Shown here: piece by piece, positions 14,695 through 25,270 of the stretch
How positions within the stretch are numbered: position 1 is the stretch's first letter
Layout of the letters: the number at the start of each line of letters is the position of its first letter
NCBI GenBank assembly: GCA_023213395.1
Contig: CM041465.1
Coordinates: 115,079,741-115,143,740 of the forward strand
DNA: 64,000 nt
Direction of reading: 5' to 3'
Origin: Cycas panzhihuaensis
Lineage: Eukaryota > Plantae > Cycadophyta
Position numbers and translations under genes: made by a program
The notes under the pieces: model-generated
What the model was told of the DNA's origin: nothing
The model's input: the letters and a program-made list of their open reading frames with translations, nothing else
Databases searched by the model: none

Positions 14695-15246
14695 TTAAGA
14701 GAGAATCCTCTCAGTCTCTCCCCTATATGCATCAATCCTCACTAGTCTCAGTAACTCTTCCGGGAAGTCCATCTTCCAAACCATAGTTCTCTTATTTGCC
14801 ACAGCCCAATTTGCCAGCCAATCAGCTGCCGAGTTCCCTTCTCTATAGGTATGTTTAATCTGTACTCCAACTTTTGACTTCAATACCTCTTTTACATCTC
14901 TCACAATATCTATGTTGATCCAACCAGGTTCTGTTTCCCCCCTTAAGCAGCTTATCACGTACATGGAGTCGCCTTCAACGACCACCTTCAGGGCTCCCTC
15001 CTCGTCCAACAAAACAACCGCCCTTTGCATAGCCCTCACCTCTACTCTCTGGTTTGTTTGGATGCCCAGATATTCCGCAAAATCCCATCTCAGATTCCCC
15101 ATGTGATCCCTACAGAGACCTCCCCCTCCTGCCTCTCCAGGGTTACCTTTGGCAGCACCATCAAAATTAATTTTTTCCCAAGTTATATCTGGGGGGGTCC
15201 AAATGATAGCTGGCCTCCTTAATCTGCCCAGCTTCAGGACACCCAC
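14695..15246 (-). pseudogene. LINE ORF2 C-terminal RNase H-like (RVT_3) domain fragment
   Basis: W.PP...KINFDGAAKGNPG.AGGGG..RD, TNQ..E, VEGDS, HTYREGNSAADWLA motifs. Confidence 0.9.
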
Positions 15247-15432
15247 TCCCTAGTCCTCTAGTATACCTTCTTCCCCCTTAGGCACCTTGTCATCCTTTGG
15301 CAGAATCAGCATTTCAGATATACCCTTCCTGATCACTGCCACCAATATCTCTTTGTCTGTCTCCTTTCCTTCAAAGATTCTCCTGTTTCGTTCTTTCCAG
15401 ATATTCCATGAACCAACTGGGAAGATCATCTT

Positions 15433-15822
15433 CTAGATATTAGATAATGTCTTACTCTTGAATGGAGAATTCCAGGCAATCCACTGATCTCTTAGGCCTT
15501 TAGAGGAGACCCATGCTAAACCCAGCCTATTCCAGATATCACTCCAGATACCGTAGGCGTAGGGACAATGAATACAGAGGTGATCCAAAGTCTCTGCTTC
15601 CTTCTTACAGAGAACACACCTATTCGCCAACTGGATACCTCTCTTCATGAGATTATCCATCATGAGGATTTTGTTTTGCAGGCATAGCCACCAAAAAGAG
15701 GCTATCTTCGGAAGGATCCCCAACTTCCACACCTTGGCCAACATATCATTCCTATCCCAGCCTTCCCTACTGGCCAACATATTATACCCATCTTTAACCG
15801 TGTAAGATCCCTTTGACGACAA
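15433..15822 (-). pseudogene. LINE ORF2 zf-RVT (zinc-binding) fragment
   Basis: YTVKDGY...VWKL..LPKI..FWW....KIL..DNL.KRG....RCVLC....ETLDHL.IHC.YA..IW motif. Confidence 0.9.
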
Positions 15823-16542
15823 GGGCCAAACCAGAGAATCAGGGCATGAATGCTTTGGAATATATTAGTCTTGCTTATTAAAGTTTCTTTCATTTCTTGT
15901 TTTAAAAGGAATTCTTTGTTATCTAAGTAAGACCACATGTAATACTTAAATTTTCTTACATTAGAAAAGGTAATCAGTCAAACCAACCACCCTATTTTTA
16001 GCCTTGCAAGGGGAATAATTAGGACCCCTAAGGTTACTGCCACACACATGCCTTTAGCCTAGTCATATTAGATAAGGAATGTCACTAGATATTAGGTGTA
16101 TTAGGTGGTAGGATAAGGTGAAGAACTTGTTTATTTCTAGAGTTTGGAGACTAAGGATAGACTTGGAGAGGGTGAGTGCCTTGGTTGGTAAAGCCATTAC
16201 TGCTAGATCTGTCACTAGGCATACGATCAATGCAAGTGGACACACAAATCAAGGGGGTCTTAGCACCTTCTTAATAGCCTGTGTACTAAGGTATATTAAG
16301 CCAATAGCTCATATACCAATATGTTGGGTCCCTAGTTTACCACTTGTGGGCAGATACTATTAGATAGGATAGCAACCAAAGGTTTCCCTTAGAGACACTA
16401 AAACTTAGAGCTTAGAAACATTTTAGGGACTGTGATACTTATTAAACATTTAGGGACAACTATAAAACCTTATTTTGGTGCAATTATATTTTAAGGGCAT
16501 TCTTATCAAAAGGACATTTGTCAAAACCCTAGTTGAGAAATA

Positions 16543-19319
16543 ATGGCAACCAACATTAGTAATATAATCATCCCTAAGTTTGATGGTTTTAATTTTTTGA
16601 ATTAGAGTAGGAATATGAGACCCATCCTCATAACTAATGATATGTGGGATATTATGAGAACAGGATATACAAAATTAGGACAAAGTCTAATAAATGTTGA
16701 GAAACTAGCTTATGAGAAAATATCAAGAAGGATAATGAGGAATTTACATTGATATTTTGTGCACTACAAGATTATATATTTCCTAGAGTAAGTGAGTCAA
16801 CAAAATCTAAAGAAGCTTGGGACACTTTACAACTGATCTATGAAGGGGTTGTTTCATCCAAATTATAAACTCTAAGGAGTAAATTTAAAAATCTTAGGAT
16901 GATGCCCAATGAATCAGTAACTGAATTCATAACTAAGGTGCAAGATATTATTAATTAAATGAGATCTCTTGGGGACACATTGACTAAATAAAGATTGGTT
17001 GAATAAATCCTAAGATGTGTTATTACAATGAAAAGATTTAAAATGGTATCAACTAGTATTAGAGTATCAAAGGACTTCAGTACCTTAAAAGCAGAATGAC
17101 TAAGTGCCTTATTGATGGTAATTGAGGAATAACATAATACAAATAAATCATTTGAATATGCCTTTATAACCAAAACAAGGATACAATCAAATTTTAAAGT
17201 TAGTGCCTCTAAATCTAGGGACCAATCCCCAAAAGAGAGAAATAGAAACCTTAGATAAGAAATGCATCAGGAAAGACAACCAAAGTATCAAACTCTATAT
17301 CAGAGATGATAAGGAGCTAATTAAAGGAATGCTAGACACAATAGATACCAAAGTCAAGAAAGGACTCATGGGATAAACCAATGTTATCTTAATTATTAAG
17401 GGGACATGTAATCTTAAAGGATTAACCATAATTATCCCAATAACAGATAAAGGGATAATTAAACCCCATTTATGGAAAGAAGAAGACCATTCCATATTGA
17501 TAGGTTCTATCCTTGTAGTAAAAGTCTTAGCTTTGGAAGAAGGGATTCACTTCATTGTACATTTTACAATTGAATCAATCATACAAAAGATAAATATTTT
17601 GCCAAATATGGACCACTAACTAAAGGAAGTACTAATACAATTATGGAAGCAAGGGAGAACAACTGACTCTTTCTATCCAGTTTTATTGCTCATGAGGAAG
17701 AGGATGATAGTTAGTATATTGATTTAGGTTGTTCTACTCATATGACCTATAAACAATATATATTTCAAACTATAGATAGAACCAAAAGAGGGTTCATTAT
17801 GTTTGGTGATGACACCTCTCATAAGTCCATTGGAAGAGGTAATGTAGTTCTACAAACATAATAAGAAGAAACTTGATATCTTGATGATGTACTTTATGTC
17901 CTAGCCTTAAAGAAGAACCTTTTATTAGTAGGATAGATGATGATTCAGGATTACAAAGTCATATTTGATAATGGAGAATGCACTATTAAAGATAAAAAGA
18001 AGAATAAGGAAGTAGTTGCCAAGGGAAAAATGACTAAGGATAGACTTTTCAAGTTAGTCCTTACTCTTTTAGATACTTATGCTTTGAGAATAACAATCAA
18101 GCTTGATAGTGACATATGGCATATGAGATTTGGTTACTTAAATTATAGTAGTCTTGCACTAATGAAGAAGATAGATATGGTTGATGGGTTACCACACATT
18201 GAAGTGGATAAAAATATCTATAAATAGTACCTCCTTGGAAAACAACATAGAGAAAGTTTTCCAGACAATAACTATTGAGTAAATAGACCTCTCTAATTAG
18301 TCTATATAGATATTTGTGGCCCTATGGATGTTCCATAATTGGCAGGAGCTAGATATTTCATCACATTCATTGATGATTTTATAAGAAAAACTTGGATTTA
18401 TTTCTTAAAGTTCAAGTCTGATTCATTCTAACACTTTTTCGATTTCAAAACCTATGTGGAGAGACAAAGTGGACATAATATCCTCTTCCTAAGATCATAT
18501 AATGGGTGAGAGTTCATCTTAAACAAGTTCAAGACCTATTATGCATGTCATGGAATAAGGAGATAACTTACAAATCCATATACCCCCCAACAAAATGGTG
18601 TAGTTGAAAGGAAGAAACATACCATGGTCAAGATGGCTAGGTGTATGTTAAAGGATAAAAGATTAGGGTATGAATTTTAGGCTAAAGTAGTTCATACTAC
18701 CATTCATTTACTCAATAGGTGTACCACCAAATTACTTAGGTGGATGACTCCTAAAGAATCTTAGACTGGATACAAACCTATTATCTACCATCTAAGAGAT
18801 TTTGGATGCTTAGCTTATGCTCATGTTCCTAAACAAAGAAGGTCTAAGCTAGATGATGACATCACTAAATATATATTTATTGGGCATAATGATGCTTCTA
18901 AATCTTATAAGGTCTATGATCCTAAATCTCGAAAAGTCATGGCGAGTAGAGATGTCAAATTCTAAGAAAATAATTACTATTGCATTGATTATGATTAAAA
19001 CAAAGAAAAAGATATCATGATGAATCTTGATTCTATTACTAGGTCTAAATATATACCACCTAGATAGGACTCAAGATAAACCATTGATATATCAAGTGGG
19101 AAGGGAACCTCTTCTCAACCTCCACTACAAAGATTACCTAAATAGGTTCAAAGGAACCATGATATGGATAACATCCTAGATAATGACTATAATTGAAGAT
19201 CTACTTGTGCCCATAGGGTAAATTTTATCCTTGTGAGTCAAGTTATGGAGACTCATGAGCCTTCTACGTTTGATGAGATAAATATATATGATACTTAGAG
19301 AAAAGTAATGGAGGAAGAA
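16543..19319 (+). pseudogene. Degenerate gag-protease-integrase of Copia D
   Basis: IPKFDGFNF gag start, IDLGCSTHM (protease), WHMRFG, DICGPM, FIDDF, TPQQNGVVERK (integrase). Numerous stops. Confidence 0.88.
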
Positions 19320-20093
19320 TGTAGGAAAAAATATGCAAGGAGAACATGGCAGAACATATATAAAAATCATATAGATCAATATTTCATTATAGCATCATAA
19401 CTTTAACATGAAAGTACTTTATATTCAATCCGTATTGTAGTGAAGAGAGTTACAAATTTCTTAATAAGAGCGGTGTCTAAAGATACTAGGGTTTCATACC
19501 TCTCAATATTTATAATTTGGGAGAGGAGGGAAACTCCTCAACCTATGAAATTTAAATTAACAATAAAATAATGCCAACTTAACTCAAATGAAACTAATTC
19601 AAATTAACTTAAATCAAATCAAAACTTACCTTAACTTACCTATATATGTTGAGTACCCACATGTGTAAAATGAGGTTGATGAGGTGTATAATTCTAGTTG
19701 GAAGGTGGGAGTGGAGTGATGACGATTAACTCTAACATTCTCCACCTTAATGATCATCACAAACACTTATATCTTCTTTTTGAACTTATGGAAATTATAT
19801 TTGAAAAAGACTTTAATAATCTATCTCTTAACTTGATATTTATTAACTCTTCTTATTCTTTGAGTAACATATATCCTTGTACCATGAAGTGGTACAAAAA
19901 ATCTATAAGTAAAGTGCAAAAAATCTAGTGTAAATAAAGCTTAATTCAAGCAGGTATATATAGTTGTAACTTTGACTTTAACTTCTAAAAATTTAACTCT
20001 GACTTTCATATCATTAGGTCTCTTTTCTATCATATCATGAGATTCATTCTCCCTCTCAAATAGAGGATCATATACTTGTGTAGCAAGTTGGTC

Positions 20094-20453
20094 CTACATT
20101 TGATCTGAATCTTCATGGGTATTGTTATTATGATTCACTTGTTCTATCACTTGTCTCATATGCTCATCAAAAATATCATCAAATACATGGAGGGTATCTC
20201 CCCCATAAGTGGAAATCAAAACATCCCAAACAGATTTAGAAGTAGTTAATTCATAAACCTTTGAAAAAACATCATCATTTATAATGCAAAATAATAATCC
20301 TAACACTTCATTATCTTTTCTAAAATTTTCTTTAATGCTAAGATCATATTCATGTTGTAGATACTTTAGAAGATCATGTTTAATAAAATAATCTTGCATA
20401 GTCCTATACCATTATGAAAAATTATGCCCATTGAATATAGGAAATTGTGTCAT
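20094..20453 (-). pseudogene. Truncated Copia gag N-terminus (DUF4219/UBN2-like) of element E
   Basis: MTQFPIFNGHNFS*WYRTMQDYFIKHDLLKYL...DNEVLGLLFCIINDDVFSKVYELTTSKSVWDVLISTYGG. One internal stop, no pol downstream. Confidence 0.8.
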
Positions 20454-22225
20454 TTTATTAAGAAACTTTAGTACATAAAAGTATGCTTTTATAAAATCAA
20501 ATAAAGTTAATAAACTAATGAATATATATGATTTCAAATAAACTTTTTAAAGTAGATGTAATACCCTTTAGAAAGTTAATCAACTAGGCATAGTAAGAAA
20601 ATGATGGATATATAAGCAAATTTGCATGTAATAAAGATCCTTTTAGCAATACAAATCTAAAATATAACTTTGATGATAAAAGGAATAATGCTTAATCTTT
20701 TTATTTTCTTTAAATGAATAAATGTAAACTTTTAATGCAATAAATTTTTAGCCTTGATGATAATATATAATGCTGAAAAAAATTGAAATATATGTATATT
20801 TTACTTTGAAAGATAAGGAGAATGAAGAAACTTTTTTAAAAGAAGGGTTAGAGGATAACCTCAAGTTTGGATGCTTCAAAATATACTAAATAATGTTAGA
20901 AGAATATGAAACTTCATCAGTATGAAGATTAATAAAATATGAATCTAATGGAATTGATCATTTTGAAAATGGGTTCCTATAAGTTAATATTTAAATGATT
21001 CAAAGGTACATACCTTCTTTTAAGGCCTAACAGAAGCAGGGAGCTCAAAAAACTTATAAAAATATCAATAAAACTTTATAGAATACCGTAAAAAGATCAA
21101 ATATATCTTAGAGTGTTGCTTAATATATTTTCAATTAAATTTTTTTGAGAAATATATATATATATATAAAATGTGTAAAAATGGCAGATTTGAGGCAATT
21201 AAGTATGTCTAATTTATGCTTTTAAAAATTAGTAAAAATATGTTAAAACATATAAAAAACTATGTCAGATCGAAGAGGAATGAGTCAACTTCCCAACAAA
21301 ACTAACATGACTGAATTCTGATACAAAATAGAGAAGTTATAGCAGATATAACAACAAGTACCTTTATGGTAAAATGTTAAGAAAAAGGCTCAAAACCAAT
21401 AAAGTGCCACATTTGGCGATTAAAATAATGATAAAAATGAATTTTAAAAATTAAAATAAAATATGGGTAATGAAGCTTATTGAATGTAGATCACCATAGA
21501 ATAAATATGGGTAGAAAATAGTTTCCTGGTAATAAAATATAGTTTGTTCAAAAAGTGATTTTGTCAAAAGTTTAAAAAAGGCTCAGAAAAGGACTGATTA
21601 ACTTTAAATCGATTGAAACAGGGTCAAATTAGCACCAAATTGGTCATATGACCAATCAAAATTGAGAAAATTTTAGACACAATGAAACTAGTTTCGTCAG
21701 AAACCAATAAGCAAGTGAGGAGTTATGGCAAAAATTTGCCAGTAACCCTATATAAAATGAATTTTTTTGTTAAATTAAAAAGAAAAAAATGTTATAAAAA
21801 TTGTTGGCCCCTTTTAGCAATAAAATTAGGTCATGTGGAGGGAATATGACCAAGGGAAAAATCTTAAGGGAGCTTGGACCTTTTTAAACCTGGATTCCAA
21901 AAATTTATATAATTTAATTTATTTTTTTAAAAACTTTATAAAAAGAAAATAAAAAATAGAAAATAAAAATTTGAATAAAGTGGCGCTGCTGCCACTATGT
22001 AGTCACCGCCATTATCACGTAGATATTGTGCACACTACACAATGGGATCAATGCCAAGATTTTTGAGATATGTCTATTTATATTTATTTTTATTATTTAT
22101 TTATTTATTCATTTATGTTTAAACATATATTAAAAAATGAAATTACAATAGCCAACGCAATAGATGCCAGCCTGCACGTTGTCACTTGGCTGACCTCTAA
22201 ACCTATGCACTTCTACGTGAATCCT

Positions 22226-22594
22226 TTAGGCAGAGGTGAGGTAGAAGAGAAATGCAGGCTTAACAACTACCTTATGTTCATTGTAGAGCATCCTTTTGAT
22301 GGTAAAAGTAAAAAAATCTCCAAGGTTTAATCAACCCATGAAGAGAATTATGCTGGAAGGGCTAATTATAATACAATTATTAATTTTATTGCCGTAGAAA
22401 CTTCCACCAATGACGTGATGCATGGACAATTCAAGGATACTGTTACTAGGATGGAGCTTGAATCTTATCTTATGAATGTTGCTCCAGTAGAGTTGCTTCT
22501 GGGTGCATCACTATTGTCTCCTACTGAAAAGCTATTCTTGGAATTTGATGGACTTGCATCCAATGTTCGTATTGAGCATACTTCATATGATTGA
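22226..22594 (+). pseudogene. MSH3: Captured fragment of DNA mismatch repair MutS homolog MSH3 (connector domain)
   Basis: Reads NNYLMFIVE...IAVETSTNDVMHGQFKDTVTRMELESYLMNVAPVELLLGASLLSPTEKLFLEFDGLASNVRIE. This matches plant MSH3 as I recall it (VEISTGEVVY.EF.D...RSGLEA..LSLSPAELLLG.PLS.QTEK....AGPTSNVRVE). One internal stop. Confidence 0.85.
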
Positions 22595-22665
22595 AGTTAC
22601 AATGCGCTGGTGTAGTGATGATAAAAAAGGTTTGACCTTGTAGCTGAGAGAAGTCACTCTAGCCA

Positions 22666-22824
22666 GAAATTACAAAAATGGGGTATGTGAGTGATCTTGT
22701 TTTGGGAGAGGATGAGCTTGCATATGGTAATAATGCTACATGTGCACTACTCGAGAAGTATGGCTAGACTCCACGATTAGGGATGACTCCGTTAAGAACA
22801 CCACAGAGAACTTTTGGGGGAGAA
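22666..22824 (+). pseudogene. CDC5: Captured fragment of CDC5/Cef1 (Myb-related NTC/MAC splicing factor)
   Basis: Reads EITKMGYVSDLVLGEDELAYGNNATCALLEKYG*TPRLGMTPLRTPQRT versus recalled plant CDC5 EIAKMGYASDL...EEL.EGS.ATRALLANYSQTPRQGMTP.RTPQRT. Confidence 0.9.
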
Positions 22825-23235
22825 GTGTCTGTTGCATATGTTTGTCTTGATATTGGATTCACTGCCTGATCTTCCAAATTATTGGACAATCTACCAATTA
22901 GTAAAATAAGCTTCTTATTGGCTAAATAAACATGTTTAGTAATGCTTCCTCACTTTCTCTTTGAAAGTTTTAAAACAAAGATTCTGTCATTCTGGTTTCA
23001 CAATAAAACTTTGGTTATAGTGTCTTTTGAACACTAGTTATACATAGCACAGTACTTTGGTTATATAAAAACACTATGGTTATACCATATATAGTGTATA
23101 GGTTACACAAAACTAATACTGGTGATATGAAATTTACTATATCATGCTCAACCAGCCTATGGGTCCCTAGTAGCCTCCAGTTATGGTGCTGATATGTTCA
23201 GTTGCTGCATTGAAATTGTGGTTCCAGGTTCTAGG

Positions 23236-23346
23236 GTTGATCATATTACCTAAGTTGTCTTTGAGACTGCTCGAAAGAGGCATGGGAAACTATGCTCCAT
23301 TGATAAGGCTAATGTTTTGGAGGCATCACCACTCTAGCAGGAGAGG
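23236..23346 (+). pseudogene. Captured fragment of 3-isopropylmalate dehydrogenase (IPMDH, leuB family)
   Basis: Reads [30 protein letters not shown] versus the family motif [27 protein letters not shown].AS. Confidence 0.9.
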
Positions 23347-23535
23347 GATTCACAGTTGGGTGAAATGTCTCAGGATTTCCTTGTTGAGGATTTCAAGAGT
23401 CAAGGATCATACGTAGTTTATAATGTGCCAGATTTTTTTTTTTTTTTAATTTTTAATTTTTTTAATTTTTTATTTTTAACACAGGCATCATAAACTGGGT
23501 ATGGCGTTGAATACGTCACACAAGAGAACCAAGGT
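23343..23535 (+). pseudogene. UPF1: Captured fragment of the UPF1 C-terminal SQ-rich region, split by a T-rich expansion
   Basis: Reads EGFTVG/EMSQDFLVEDFKSQGSYVVYNVPDF [T-rich insert ~23436-23477] TQAS*TGYGVEYVTQ versus recalled plant UPF1 DGFSVGGMSQDFLGDDFKSQGSHVPYNVADFSTQASQSGYAVDYVTQ. Confidence 0.85.
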
Positions 23536-23959
23536 GATAATGGTCAAAGAGTATTTTATTCTTGAGAAAAAATATAAAAAAGAAACAATCTAAGACCACA
23601 TATAGGTTTATCATATAAGTTGGTTTATGTCACAAGCAGAATATAGATGAGGATAAATCAATATAATAAGAAGTATATATTTATATCCAAAGAAAAATTT
23701 TTGCAGTTTATTTTTATGAATTTATCCCAAAAAGAGGAAAATTTTTAAAAAGAATATGTATTTGTATCTAAGACATTTTAAATGTACTGGAGCAAGTATA
23801 TGAAAGAACTAAGAAATAAATATTTGAATCTAAAAATATTTCAAATATGTTGCTTTGTATATGTTTAAATCTAAAAATGAAATAAGAAGAACTTGGAAAT
23901 GTAGTTGTAGTAAGCTTCTTCAAAAATTTAAATGCATTCTCCAATATATAAATCTGTTA

Positions 23960-24700
23960 TATATACTTCTTCAAATGGTTGAATATGCCCAAAAAATTAT
24001 AGATATGTAACAAACTTGAAAATATAGTCAAATATATGATGAAAAATATAGATCTGAAATGAAATATAGTGGATATGAACTTAATGTTACAGATCTAAAA
24101 TAAATATATAAAAAATATTAAAATAACTACTGAATAAATAGATTTGAAGTGAGATATAGTAGATTTGAAGTAAAAGTTACAGATCTTGAAGAAAACTTTG
24201 GTAATTTTTGCATGCAACTGATCTCCTTCATAGATTTGTGAAAACTACTACATAAATAGATAGAAATCTGCTTGAAAATAGTCGAATATATAATATGATA
24301 TGCAGATCTAAAAAAATATAAAAGAAATAGACATAAATCTACTTGAAAAATGCCAAATATTTGATAAAAAAATATAGATCTGAGAAAATATATCACAAAT
24401 ATGAAAAAAACTTGTATAAATCTTGCATGTAGCTGAAAATCCTTCACAAATTTTTAAAAAAATGTAGCTTGTAGCTAAAATCTGCTGATCTCCTTCGTAG
24501 ATCTGGAAATATAGACAAGAATCTGCAAAAAAATGGTAAAACATATGATAAAAAAATATAGATATGAAGAAATATAGCTCAAATCTAAGAAAAAAACTTG
24601 GATAAATGTGGCTTGCTACTGAAATCCTTCACAGATCTACATAACTATGTGAATAAATCTGAAATATACTTATTATATCATAAAAAATAACTCAATAATA
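23960..24700. repeat. Degenerate A-rich direct repeats in the leader of element E
   Basis: Recurrent motifs 'aaaatatagatctga', 'ctgatctccttc.tagat' and 'aaaaacttg..taaat'. Confidence 0.6.
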
Positions 24701-25270
24701 AGTAAATCTTGATGAAAAATATATGAAACTTACTAAAAAAAGTTGCAGAAAATAAGTTTAACTAGTATTTGCTTCCTTGAGTAAATCTACCTCAAAATCT
24801 TCTTGCTTCTTTAAAAATTTTCAATAGACCAGTAATCGTTTACTTTGATACCAAATGTAGGAAAAAATATGCAAGGAGAACATTGCAAAAAATATATAAA
24901 AATCACATAGATCAATATTGCATCATAGCATTATAACTTCAACATGAAAGTACTTTGTATTCAATCCATATTGTAGTGAAGAGGGTTACAAATTTCCTAA
25001 TAAGGGCGATGTCTAAAGACACCAGGGTTGCACACCCCTTAATATTGGGGGAGGAAAGAAACTCCTCAACCCTTGAAATTTAAATTGATAATAAAATAAT
25101 GCTAACTTAACTCAAATAAAACTAACTCAAATTAACTTAAATCAAATCAAATCTTACCTTAACTTACCTACACATGTTGAGCACCCGCATGTATAAAATG
25201 AGATTAATGAGGTGTACAATCCTGGTTGGAAGGTGGGAGTGGAGTGATGGCGATTAATTCCAACAAAGAA

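Larger units (their letters stand above)
14572..15861 (-). mobile_element. 5'-truncated plant L1-type LINE (3' end of ORF2 with zf-RVT and RNase H domains, poly(A) tail)
   Basis: T-run at 14572-14584 is poly(A) on the minus strand. TSD 'atattagtc' at 14563-14571 and 15862-15870. GC content is higher than the flanks. Confidence 0.93.
19320..25265 (-). mobile_element. Element E: non-autonomous gag-only Copia-derived LTR element carrying captured host gene fragments (LTRs 19320-19737 and 24856-25265)
   Basis: TG...CA LTRs, roughly 10% diverged by manual count. Perfect TSD AAGAA at 19315-19319 and 25266-25270. Minus-strand PBS ('tttgatacca', 24844-24853) and PPT ('ttctccacctt', from 19738). Removing E restores D's RT frame MEEE|YNSIVKNDTWELV. 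Confidence 0.95.

Noticed and set aside
22070-22330. ORF as a functional host MSH3 gene
   Set aside because: Only a fragment with in-frame stops, with no N-terminal or ATPase domains, embedded in an LTR element.
23500-23520. Hairpin-like 'tatggcgt-tgaat-acgtcaca' as a Helitron 3' terminator for the captured cassette
   Set aside because: It is UPF1 coding sequence (YGVEYVT) and has no CTRR end after it. The 'TCTATTTAT' at 22073 is not at an A|T target. A Helitron origin is unsupported, though not formally excluded.
24127-24544. Phe/Ile-rich ORFs as env-like membrane proteins
   Set aside because: They arise from A-rich degenerate repeats read on the T-rich strand and show no conserved domain.
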